From assembly GCA_022072145.1 (NCBI GenBank), contig JAJVIG010000012.1:29129-93128 (forward strand): 64,000 bases of DNA. The letters run 5' to 3'. The notes below the pieces were generated by a model. That model did no database searches. It saw nothing but the letters and a program-made list of their open reading frames with translations, and was not told the DNA's origin. This document shows, one piece after another, positions 11,567 to 22,616 of the stretch. Origin of the DNA: Pseudomonadales bacterium. GTDB taxonomy: Bacteria; Pseudomonadota; Gammaproteobacteria; Pseudomonadales; UBA5518. Position numbers and translations under genes: made by a program. Position 1 is the stretch's first letter. Each line of letters begins with the position of its first letter.

Positions 11567-12265
11567 ATGCCCCCCGTTCCGGACATCGCCACCGCCTTCA
11601 CGCTCGGCCTGCTGGGCGGCACGCACTGCCTCGGCATGTGCGGCGGCATAGGCGCCGCGCTCGCATTCGCGCTCGGCCCCGGGGTCTCGACACCGCGCCG
11701 CTACCTGCTGCTCGGGGGTTACAACACCGGACGTATCTTCGGCTACGCGCTGCTCGGCGCCGCGTTCGCGGGCGCTGCCGGAGGGCTTGCCGGCCACGCC
11801 GGCATGGGCGGGCTCCGCGTGCTGGCGGGGTTGCTGCTGGTGGCGATGGGCTGCGCGCTGGGCGGCTGGTTCAATGCGCTGGCGCCGCTCGAGCGCGCCG
11901 GTCACGCCGTGTGGTCACGCGTGCAGGGCCGGGCCGCACGTCTGCTGCCGGTGGACCGCCTGCCGAAGGCGCTGCTCGCTGGCCTGTTCTGGGGCTGGCT
12001 GCCGTGCGGCCTGGTCTACAGCACACTGGCCTGGGCGAGTGCCTCGGGGAGCGCTGTGCGCGGCGCGCTGTTGATGGCAGCCTTCGGTGCCGGCACCCTG
12101 CCGGCGGTGCTGGCGAGCGGCGTGTTCGGCAACGCGCTGCGGCGGCAACTGCAGCGCCGCGGCTTGCGCAGGCTCGCGGGTGCAGCGGTGATCGCCTTCG
12201 GTGCCTGGACCCTTGCCGTGGTGCTGTTGCCGGCGCCCGGCGGTCATGCCCACCATCACGGGTGA
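11567..12265 (+). CDS. TauE/SafE- or DsbD_2-like membrane protein, a family often linked to ccoS
   Basis: 232 aa, polytopic, with motif GGTHCLGMCGG near the N-terminus. Sits directly downstream of ccoS. Confidence 0.7.
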   Translation: MPPVPDIATAFTLGLLGGTHCLGMCGGIGAALAFALGPGVSTPRRYLLLGGYNTGRIFGYALLGAAFAGAAGGLAGHAGMGGLRVLAGLLLVAMGCALGGWFNALAPLERAGHAVWSRVQGRAARLLPVDRLPKALLAGLFWGWLPCGLVYSTLAWASASGSAVRGALLMAAFGAGTLPAVLASGVFGNALRRQLQRRGLRRLAGAAVIAFGAWTLAVVLLPAPGGHAHHHG

Positions 12266-12942
12266 TCCGCAGGAAGCCGCCACGCGACTCCCAGCGTATA
12301 CAGCCAGGGATCGAGGTCCACGTTGGCCTCGGCGCGCCCGATCGCGGTTTGCAGCGCGGCTTCGGTGCCGATCGCCAGATGGCTCAGTCCCGCGTGCAGC
12401 GCCCAGCGCTCGCCGATCTCCCAGTCGAAACCCGCACGCAGCGCCAGACCGGTCGCCGCACGCAGCCGCAGATCGGAGGCTCCCAGCGTGGCACGCGCAC
12501 CGGCGTCGATGTCGAGCCCGAAGAAGCGCACGTGCCCCGCACCGATGCCGAGGAACGGCTGCCACGCCCCCTGCCCGGCGAGCGGGAACCAGAGCGCGAC
12601 CAGCGTCGGCGCGAGCGGGCGGACCGAGCCGAGTTCCAGCGTCTGCGGCGTGATGCCCGTCGCGCCGAGCCGATGCCGCGTGGGATTGGCTGCAAGCAGT
12701 TCGATGCCCACGGAGTCCGTAACCATCCAGGAGACCGCGAGCATCGGCTGGGTATCGTCGTCGAAGTGCAGCGCGCTGCCGGGCACGCGGCCGGCGGCGC
12801 CGAGCGTGATCGCGCCGCCGCTCTCGTGGGGCTCGATGCGCACCGCGCCGGCACGCAGCACCCAATCGCCGGCCTGCCAGGCATGCGCCATCCCGGACGC
12901 ACCGCACAGCGCCCAGACCAGCACACGCCATGCCAGGTCCAT
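12256..12942 (-). CDS. ompW: OmpW-family outer membrane protein
   Basis: 228 aa with a signal peptide, then the WVLRAGAVRIEP... beta-barrel pattern and a C-terminal aromatic end typical of OmpW. Confidence 0.8.
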   Translation of the reverse strand: MDLAWRVLVWALCGASGMAHAWQAGDWVLRAGAVRIEPHESGGAITLGAAGRVPGSALHFDDDTQPMLAVSWMVTDSVGIELLAANPTRHRLGATGITPQTLELGSVRPLAPTLVALWFPLAGQGAWQPFLGIGAGHVRFFGLDIDAGARATLGASDLRLRAATGLALRAGFDWEIGERWALHAGLSHLAIGTEAALQTAIGRAEANVDLDPWLYTLGVAWRLPADHP

Positions 12943-12986
12943 ACGCCCTCCTGCCCGCCGCGGCCCCTGCCGGGGAACCGCACGCC

Positions 12987-12998
12987 GTGAATATTCAC
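12987..12998. promoter_or_regulatory. perfect 12-bp palindrome GTGAATATTCAC in the ompW-hemN divergent region
   Basis: Read directly. It is the only AT-rich perfect palindrome in this intergenic region, 17 bp from the FNR-type box. Function unknown; it could be an ompW -10 region or an operator. Confidence 0.3.
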
Positions 12999-13014
12999 AT
13001 CGCTCGGGTGCGGG

Positions 13015-13028
13015 TTGACGTGTGTCAA
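13015..13028. promoter_or_regulatory. FNR/Anr-type box TTGAC-N4-GTCAA
   Basis: TTGACGTGTGTCAA is a perfect inverted repeat. A TAGACT -10-like hexamer at 13050-13055 puts the box centre about 41-42 bp upstream of a predicted hemN TSS (class II geometry). An fnr gene lies 1.5 kb downstream. Confidence 0.65.
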
Positions 13029-13095
13029 CGCACCCCTGCCGCAGAAGCGTAGACTACCGACATTCGGAAAGAGACGTACCGACCGGACCCAGATC

Positions 13096-14502
13096 ATGGA
13101 CATGCAGAGCAGCACGCACGGTATCGACGAGCGTATCCGCTGGGATCCGGCGCTGATTCGCAAGTACGACGTCGCCGGTCCGCGCTACACCTCCTACCCC
13201 ACCGCCGTGCAGTTCGCCGACGGCTTCGGCTCGCGCGAATACGAACGCTACCTGCTCGAACGTCCGCCGGTCATCGGACCCCTGTCGCTGTACGTGCACA
13301 TCCCGTACTGCCGCAACATCTGCTACTACTGCGCCTGCAACAAGATCATCACGCGTGATCCCGAGGTGGCCGAGCGCTACATCGTCGCGGTCGAAAAGGA
13401 AGTCACGCTGCTCGCTCGCCACTTCGACCAGCGCCGGCGCGTGACGCAACTTCACTGGGGCGGCGGCACGCCCACCTACCTCAGTCCGGCCGAACTCACG
13501 CAGCTGATGCACGTGCTGGCCAAACACTTCTCGCTGATCGACTCGCCCGAGCGCGAGTATTCGATCGAGCTCGATCCGCGCTCGGTGGACACCGGCACGA
13601 TCGCATTGCTGAAAGGGCTGGGCTTCAACCGTGTCAGCATGGGCATTCAGGACTTCGACCCCGCGGTGCAGCGCGCCGTCAACCGCATCCAGCCCTTCGA
13701 CATGGTCGAGAGCCTCGTCGCATCCGTGCGTGAGCACCGCTTCAAGTCGCTCAGCTTCGACCTGATCTACGGGCTTCCGCTGCAGAGCCCGGCCTCGATG
13801 GAGCAGACGCTGGCCAAGGTGCTGGCACTGTCACCGGACCGTATCTCCTGCTACAGCTACGCGCACCTGCCCGACATCTTCAGCAGCCAGCGCAGCATCG
13901 ACCGCATGCAGCTGCCGACAGCCGACGACAAGCTCGAGGTGCTGCACACGATCATCGACACGCTCACCGACGCGGGTTACGTCTACATCGGCATGGACCA
14001 CTTCGTGAAGCCCGAGGACGAACTGGCGCGCGCGCTGCCGAACGGCACGCTGCAGCGCAACTTCCAGGGCTACTCGACGCAGCTCGCACCGGAACTGCTC
14101 GGTATCGGGGTGTCCTCGATCAGCAGCACCGCCGATCTGTACTGCCAGAACGTGAAGAACGTCGACGAGTACTACGCGCTGCTCGCACAGGACAAGCTGC
14201 CGGTACAGAGGGGGCTGCGGTTGACCCCCGAGGATATCCTGCGCCGCGACGTGATCATGCAGCTGATCTGTCGCATGGGCCTCGACATCGAGGAGACCGG
14301 CGCGCGTCACGGGGTGGATTTCGCTCGTCACTTCGCGCGCGAGATGGAGATCCTCGCCGGCATGGAGCGCGAAGGGTTGCTCGCCAGCGAAGGCAACCGC
14401 ATCCGCGTGACGCCCAGCGGGCGACCGCTGGTCCGCAACATCTGCATGGTGTTCGACGCCTACCTCGATCCGTCGCGGCAACGCTTCTCGCGCACGATCT
14501 GA
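13096..14502 (+). CDS. hemN: oxygen-independent coproporphyrinogen III oxidase (radical SAM)
   Basis: 468 aa. RKYDVAGPRYTSYPTA N-terminus and CRNICYYC (CxxxCxxC) radical-SAM cluster motif. Confidence 0.95.
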   Translation: MDMQSSTHGIDERIRWDPALIRKYDVAGPRYTSYPTAVQFADGFGSREYERYLLERPPVIGPLSLYVHIPYCRNICYYCACNKIITRDPEVAERYIVAVEKEVTLLARHFDQRRRVTQLHWGGGTPTYLSPAELTQLMHVLAKHFSLIDSPEREYSIELDPRSVDTGTIALLKGLGFNRVSMGIQDFDPAVQRAVNRIQPFDMVESLVASVREHRFKSLSFDLIYGLPLQSPASMEQTLAKVLALSPDRISCYSYAHLPDIFSSQRSIDRMQLPTADDKLEVLHTIIDTLTDAGYVYIGMDHFVKPEDELARALPNGTLQRNFQGYSTQLAPELLGIGVSSISSTADLYCQNVKNVDEYYALLAQDKLPVQRGLRLTPEDILRRDVIMQLICRMGLDIEETGARHGVDFARHFAREMEILAGMEREGLLASEGNRIRVTPSGRPLVRNICMVFDAYLDPSRQRFSRTI

Positions 14503-14551
14503 GCTGCTCTTCGGCCGCCCGGGAGCCCGTGCGCGGCATCCGTGGCGGTTG

Positions 14552-14580
14552 TTCACAGGCACCGGGACTCTATTTATACT
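14552..14580 (+). promoter_or_regulatory. sigma-70-type promoter TTCACA-N17-TATACT upstream of fnr
   Basis: 5/6 and 5/6 matches to TTGACA/TATAAT with exact 17-nt spacing. It lies inside the ORF-track TTG-start extension of fnr. Confidence 0.5.
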
Positions 14581-14623
14581 CGACCCCAGCGCAACGGCAG
14601 TACCGGCAGCGGTGGGGTGGGGA

Positions 14624-15397
14624 GTGAGCGAAGCGGCGAACACACGGAACCCGGACGGAACGGAGACGCGTTGCCCCCACGATTACCAGATCAATTGCGC
14701 CAACTGCCGCCTGAACGGCATCTGCCTGCCGCTGGCGCTCGACGTCCACGAGGTGGACCAGCTCGACGAGATCATCCAGCGCAGCCGCCCGCTGCAGAAG
14801 GGCGAACACCTGTATCGCCAGGACCAGCCCTTCACCTCGGTGTTCGCGGTGCGCTCGGGCAGCGTCAAGGCCTACGCGATCACCGACAGCGGCCAGGAAC
14901 AGGTCACCGGTTTCTATTTTCCCGGCGAGATCGTCGGCATGGACGGAATCGCGAAGAACAAGTACGCCAGCTCGGCGCGTGCGATGGAGACCGCGGCGGT
15001 CTGCGAGATCCCGTTCGACAAGCTCGGTGAACTGAGCCAGCGCCTGCCCAGCCTGCAGCGGCACTTCTTCCAGCTGATGAGCCAGGAGATCGCCGAGGAC
15101 CAGCAGTTGCTGACGCTGCTGAGCAAGAACACCGCCGACCAGCGCGTCGCGGCGCTGATGCTCAGCATCTCGGCGCGCAACAAGCGCCGCAAGCTCTCCG
15201 CGGCGAACTTCCGCCTGCCGATGTCGCGCACCGACATCGGCAACTATCTCGGACTGACGGTGGAGACGGTCAGCCGCGTGCTCAGCCGCTTCCAGAAGCT
15301 CGGCGTGCTGGCCGTGGACAACAAGGAAATCACGATCACCGACGCGGAACAGCTGCGCTCGGTGGCCGACGGTGCCGCCGGCATCGACGGCGGCTGA
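14624..15397 (+). CDS. fnr: FNR/Anr-type oxygen-sensing Crp-family regulator
   Basis: N-terminal Cys cluster C-x7-C-x2-C-x5-C (CPHDYQINCANCRLNGIC), central VCEIPF Cys, and the C-terminal HTH motif TVETVSR. GTG 14624 (257 aa) is preferred as start, with GTG 14612 possible. TTG 14549 lies inside the predicted promoter. Confidence 0.9.
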   Translation: MSEAANTRNPDGTETRCPHDYQINCANCRLNGICLPLALDVHEVDQLDEIIQRSRPLQKGEHLYRQDQPFTSVFAVRSGSVKAYAITDSGQEQVTGFYFPGEIVGMDGIAKNKYASSARAMETAAVCEIPFDKLGELSQRLPSLQRHFFQLMSQEIAEDQQLLTLLSKNTADQRVAALMLSISARNKRRKLSAANFRLPMSRTDIGNYLGLTVETVSRVLSRFQKLGVLAVDNKEITITDAEQLRSVADGAAGIDGG

Positions 15398-15437
15398 ACC
15401 CGACCACGTTTCCCGCCCGGGGCCGGCGCAAACCCGT

Positions 15438-16848
<1,411 letters not shown>

Positions 16849-16856
<8 letters not shown>

Positions 16857-18066
16857 CGACCACCCCGGCGTCGCTGCCGGCCGCGGCCGCCAGCGGCAGC
16901 AACACGCTGGCGCGGGTGCCCTCGCCCGGCGCGGAGGCGATCCTGAATTCGCCCCCGTGAGCGCGCGCGACCGCGCGCACCACGGCGAGCCCCAGACCGG
17001 TGCCCTGGGCTTTGGTCGTGAAGAAATCCTCGCCGGCGAGCGCAGCCATCCCGGCGCTCATGCCGGGGCCGTCATCGCGCACCGCGATGCTGAGCCGCCC
17101 GTCCTCCAACGCAGCCTCGACGTCGATCCGCCCGCCCGCCCCGCCTGCCTCGAGCGCGTTCGTGACCAGGTTCATCAGCGCTCCGCCCAGCACCTCGCGG
17201 TTGCAGCGCAGGCGCAGGCCCGGGTCGCAGCCCAGTGCCACCGCGCAGCGGACACCGGCCGACGTCGCCGGTGCCTCCAGCGCGGCGCCCAGATCGTCGA
17301 GGATCTCGCGCACACTGCAGAGCTCGTCGAGCACGAGGTCACCGCGCACGTAGATCAGCATGTCGCGCACCTGCCGCTCCAGATGCGCCAGCCGTGACAG
17401 CACCTTGGTCGAGAAGCGCCGCGTCTGTTCGGGCGTCAGTTCGGCGTCGCGCAGGTTCGAGGCGTAGAGCATCGCGGCGGCCAGCGGCGTGCGCAACTGG
17501 TGCGCCAGCGCCGCCATCATGCGCCCCATGGCGGTGAGGCGCCGGTGCCGGCTCAGGCGGTCCTGCAACTCGCGCGTCTCGGTGAGGTCGGTGAGCAATA
17601 CCAGCTGCCCCATCCCGCGCTCCAGCGAGCGCGTCGCCACACTGACCCGCCGTCCGCTGCGCAGCGAGATCTCGTGACCGTCGTCGCTGCGCGGCGCGAA
17701 ACAGCGCCTGATCACATCGATCCAGCGCTCGCCGGGCAGCGTGGCGCCGAGCATCTCGCGGGCGGCCGGGTTGCAGTCGCAGACCACGCCGCCCGGATCC
17801 AGCACGACCACCCCACCGGGGAGCAGATCGAGCAGGCTCTGCAGCCGCTCCGAGACGCGTTCCTTCTGCTCGAGCTCGCGCAGCCGCGCGCGATCGACCT
17901 GCTCGAGTTCCGACGACAGCTGCTCGACCCTGCGCTCCAGCAGCCGGTAGGAGTCGCTGAGCTCGGTGGAGACCTGGTTGAACAGCGCGAAGGCAGCCTG
18001 GATATCGGCGCTGGCGCGGATCTCGCCGGCGAGCGGCAGCGCACGCGCCTGGGCGGCGGCGCTCAC
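16849..18066 (-). CDS. fleS: flagellar sensor histidine kinase (FleS/FlrB type)
   Basis: AFALFNQVS...SYRLLE coiled N-terminus, PAS-like segment, H-box AHQLRTPL, and G-boxes DDGPGM / GTGLGL. The GTG 18066 start (405 aa) is preferred, because the longer ORF (to 18258) would contain the sigma-54 promoter and a REP element. Confidence 0.85.
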
Positions 18067-18175
18067 CGGCCACGCCCCGCCGTAGCACGGCAATCGGCGC
18101 CGGCCGTGGACGTACGGAGATCGGCTACGTACATCGGAGTCCCCCCAGCGGAAAGTTGACGCTCGGGCGACTCCT

Positions 18176-18191
18176 AGCAATTCATGTGCCT
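18176..18191 (-). promoter_or_regulatory. sigma-54 promoter (-24/-12) for fleS-fleR
   Basis: The minus strand reads AGGCAC-ATGAA-TTGCT, against the consensus TGGCAC-N5-TTGCW. GG/GC spacing is exact. It lies about 110 nt upstream of the preferred fleS start. Confidence 0.6.
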
Positions 18192-18218
18192 GTTCGACGA
18201 TTGCACGGACGTGTTCGC

Positions 18219-18329
18219 GTAGATCCGGGCTGTGCCCGGACAGGGTTTGTTCGGCCACAGGCCGAACCTACGCGCATCGTGTAGGTCCGGGCTGTGCCCG
18301 GACAGGGTTTGTTCGGCCACAGGCCGAAC

Positions 18330-18334
<5 letters not shown>
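18219..18334. repeat. two tandem 54-bp REP doublets (REPIN/BIME-like), 62-bp period
   Basis: Units at 18219-18272 and 18281-18334 differ at one base. Each reads GTAG(A/G)TCCGGGCTGTGCCCGGACAGGGTTTGTTCGGCCACAGGCCGAACCTAC. Each unit is two GTAG-headed hairpins (TCCGGGC/GCCCGGA and GTTCGGCC/GGCCGAAC) in inverted orientation. Confidence 0.75.
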
Positions 18335-19769
<1,435 letters not shown>

Positions 19770-19877
19770 GCATCCGCTGGCCGCATTGCAGGCGCCGGAT
19801 GGCGCCAACCGCAGCGGATTATAGATGCTGTCGGCGACTTCGTGACGGAATCCTGCGCCGGGATCAGCCGGTTTCTG

Positions 19878-20300
19878 TCAAGAAGATGGCGAGGCGCTGA
19901 CGGTCTCCGCGCGAATCCCTTCCCAGCCGCCGCGGATCGTGCCCAACAGACCGCTCACCTCGTCCAAAGGAGCCACGCCGTCCCCGCGGTGCACGTCCAG
20001 CAAGCGGCGCGTCATGTAGTCGTAAAGGCGGTCGAGGTTGTCGGCCACTTCCCCTCCCCGGTCACGATCCAGGCACCCCTGCAGGCCACCGATGATGCCC
20101 AGCGCCTTGCCCAGCGCCTCGCCTGCCGCAGCCGGGTTGCCGCTCTGCAGCGCGCCGCGCGCCTGCGCGAGGCGGTCGATGGCGCCATCGAGCAGCAACT
20201 GGATCAACTGGTGCGGATCCGCGTCGACCACCCCGGTATGGGCGTTGATACTGCGGTACTGGGCAAGCGCGCTGCGACTGTAGACATCCTGCTGAGCCAT
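19878..20300 (-). CDS. fliS: flagellin-specific export chaperone FliS
   Basis: 140 aa with the helical-bundle pattern [30 protein letters not shown]...NLDRLYDYM typical of FliS. Confidence 0.88.
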   Translation of the reverse strand: MAQQDVYSRSALAQYRSINAHTGVVDADPHQLIQLLLDGAIDRLAQARGALQSGNPAAAGEALGKALGIIGGLQGCLDRDRGGEVADNLDRLYDYMTRRLLDVHRGDGVAPLDEVSGLLGTIRGGWEGIRAETVSASPSS

Positions 20301-20427
20301 CGGGGCCGAACTCCGTGGACGATCCGTTCCCGGCGCCCCGCACCCGCGGGGCGAACCGTGCGGCGCACTTTAACCCCGATCGATGCAGACGTCCTCCCTC
20401 CCGGTGCAGGCCACACAAAAATATTCC

Positions 20428-20454
20428 TAAAGTTCCCCCCGCGGGCGCCGATAC
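20428..20454 (+). promoter_or_regulatory. sigma-28 (FliA) promoter of fliC
   Basis: TAAA(G)-N15-GCCGATAC, against the consensus TAAA-N15-GCCGATAA. It lies about 100 nt upstream of the fliC ATG. Confidence 0.75.
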
Positions 20455-20552
20455 CGGAATCAGACGCCGCCGGTTGCGGCGGTCGATGCCGAACGGACCC
20501 GCAATCACGCTCGCCCAGTCAAATCCGAACGGGCAGCCAAAGGAGACGCACC

Positions 20553-22028
20553 ATGCCGCAGATCATCAACTCGAACATCTCGTCGCTGAACGTGCAGCGC
20601 AACCTCGACGCCAGCGGCAAGTCGCTCGCCACCTCGCTGGCGCGGCTCTCCTCGGGCCTGCGCATCAACAGCGCGAAGGACGATGCGGCAGGGCTGGCGA
20701 TCAGCAACCGCTTCACCGCGCAGATCCGCGGCCTGAACCAGGCGGTGCGCAACGCCAACGACGGCATCTCGCTGTCGCAGACGGCGGAAGGCGCGCTGCA
20801 GGAGACCGGCGAACTGCTGCAGCGTATCCGCGAACTCTCGATCCAGTCCGCCAACGGCAGCCAGTCCGGCACCGAGCGCGCCGCGCTGCAGGCCGAGGTC
20901 TCGCAGCTGCAGCAGGAGATCAACCGCATCGCCGAGAGCAGCACCTTCGGCGGCCGGGTGCTGCTCGACGGCACCTTCGGCACCGAGTCCTTCCAGGTAG
21001 GCTCGAGCGCCAACGAGACGATCGCGATCAGCCTGTCCAACGCGCGCGCGACGAACATCGGCGCGAACACGGTGGCCGCCAACGGCACCATGACCGCCGC
21101 GGTCGCCGCCGCCGCGACCGCTCCGGCCAACACCGTCGCGGCGCAGACCCTGACGCTGTCGGGCAGCCTCGGCAGCTCGACCGCCTCGATCGGTGCCGGC
21201 GCCACCGGCGACGCGATCGCCACCGCGGTCAACGCCGTGACGGCCAATACCGGCGTCAGCGTCACCGCACGCACCACGGCCACGCTGTCGGCGTTCACGG
21301 CCGGTACCGCGACGTTCACCATCGGCACCCGCTCCGGCACCACCGCCTCGGGCACCAACTACAGTGCGAACATCAGCGTGCAGATCACCGACGCGTCCAA
21401 CCTGAAGGACGTGGCCGACGCGATCAATGCCTCCTCGGCCGCCAGCGGGGTGCGGGCCACCTCGAACGGGGCGACGATCTCGCTGGTCAACGAGGAAGGC
21501 CGCAACATCTACATCGAGAACTACCTCAATGCCGGCACGACGGCGACGCTGACCGGCGCCTCCGGCGCGGGTGTGGCGATCGGTGCTGCCGTCGGAACCG
21601 ACTCGAGCACGGTCGGCGCGACGCTCAGCTTCAGCAGCTACAAGGGTTTCGCGGTCACGGCCAGCGTCGCGACCGGCATCTTCACCGCCACGACCGCGAA
21701 CTCGAGCTCGCTGAGCAGCGTGGCCAGCCTGAACATCGGCACACAGCAGGGCGCGCAGAACGCGCTCGCGGTCGTCGATGCTGCGCTGCAGTTCGTCGAC
21801 AGCGAACGCGGCCAGCTCGGTGCGATACAGAACCGTCTGCTGAGCACGATCTCCAACCTGTCGAACGTGGTCGAGAACGTGACCGCCGCGCGCAGCCGGA
21901 TCGTGGACGCCGATTTCGCGGCCGAAACCGCGAACCTCACGCGCGCCTCGATCCTGCAGCAGGCCGGGATCTCGGTGCTGGCGCAGGCCAACGCGCTGCC
22001 GCAACAGACGCTGGCACTGCTGCAATAA
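20553..22028 (+). CDS. fliC: flagellin
   Basis: 491 aa. AAGGAG RBS 7 nt upstream. Conserved N-terminus ([18 protein letters not shown]...[19 protein letters not shown]) and C-terminus (...[25 protein letters not shown]). The ORF-track start at 18294 is a spurious in-frame upstream extension. Confidence 0.95.
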   Translation: MPQIINSNISSLNVQRNLDASGKSLATSLARLSSGLRINSAKDDAAGLAISNRFTAQIRGLNQAVRNANDGISLSQTAEGALQETGELLQRIRELSIQSANGSQSGTERAALQAEVSQLQQEINRIAESSTFGGRVLLDGTFGTESFQVGSSANETIAISLSNARATNIGANTVAANGTMTAAVAAAATAPANTVAAQTLTLSGSLGSSTASIGAGATGDAIATAVNAVTANTGVSVTARTTATLSAFTAGTATFTIGTRSGTTASGTNYSANISVQITDASNLKDVADAINASSAASGVRATSNGATISLVNEEGRNIYIENYLNAGTTATLTGASGAGVAIGAAVGTDSSTVGATLSFSSYKGFAVTASVATGIFTATTANSSSLSSVASLNIGTQQGAQNALAVVDAALQFVDSERGQLGAIQNRLLSTISNLSNVVENVTAARSRIVDADFAAETANLTRASILQQAGISVLAQANALPQQTLALLQ

Positions 22029-22034
22029 GGGGCG

Positions 22035-22072
22035 CGGTCCCCGGCACGGCTTCGCGCCGCTGCCGGGGACCG
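22035..22072 (+). terminator. 12-bp perfect stem-loop just after the fliC stop
   Basis: CGGTCCCCGGCA (22035-22046) pairs with TGCCGGGGACCG (22061-22072) around a 14-nt loop. No T-tract follows, so intrinsic-terminator status is uncertain. Confidence 0.5.
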
Positions 22073-22101
22073 TACACTGAGACATCGATCAGGGCCGGAC
22101 G

Positions 22102-22548
22102 ATGGACACCGTGCGCTTCGCCACCGGTACACCGCGCTCCGCAACGGGCACCACGTCCGTCGCGGTGCGCGAGCGTCCCGTCGTCCCGGCGCGCAGTGCC
22201 GAGGTCACGACCGCCAGCATGGCTGCAGCCGGCGTGGATGCCACCGTCGAGCGACGCAGCCAGCCCGCGACGGAAGCAGTGGCCGCCGAGCGCCCCCCGG
22301 CCCTCGATCTGCGCGCCCTGCTGGACGAGATCGGGCGCCACATCGACCCCGAACGCCGCTCGCTGTCGTTCGAGGTCCACGAGGAACTCGGGCGCGCGAT
22401 CGTCTCCGTCTACGACGCCGAGACCGAGGAGCTGGTGCGCCAGATCCCCGCCGATGAAATGATCCGTATCGCCGCCGTGATGCGCGAGATCGCCGAACAG
22501 GGCGAGCCGCGCGCCGCTTCGGGCCTGTTGCTGGACGCCCGCGCCTGA
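22102..22548 (+). CDS. flaG: FlaG family flagellar protein
   Basis: The C-terminal segment LSFEVHEELGRAIVSVYDAETEELVRQIPADEMIRIA matches the FlaG signature. Position between fliC and fliD. Start uncertain. Confidence 0.75.
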   Translation: MDTVRFATGTPRSATGTTSVAVRERPVVPARSAEVTTASMAAAGVDATVERRSQPATEAVAAERPPALDLRALLDEIGRHIDPERRSLSFEVHEELGRAIVSVYDAETEELVRQIPADEMIRIAAVMREIAEQGEPRAASGLLLDARA

Positions 22549-22616
22549 GGTGTAATGCCACGGGGCCGTGACTTCGCACGCGCCACCGCTGGCGAGCGAC
22601 TGGAGGACCCGCACCA

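Noticed and set aside
19818-19846. Perfect TATAAT on the minus strand (19818-19823) upstream of fleQ as a sigma-70 promoter
   Set aside because: The -10 is perfect, but the best -35 at 17-nt spacing (GTCACG) matches only 3/6. It is plausible but not solid enough to list as a feature.
22039-22056. Sigma-54-like GGCAC-N-CGC upstream of flaG
   Set aside because: The GG-to-GC spacing is one nucleotide short and the -12 block is not TTGC. The sequence is part of the fliC terminator-like stem-loop.
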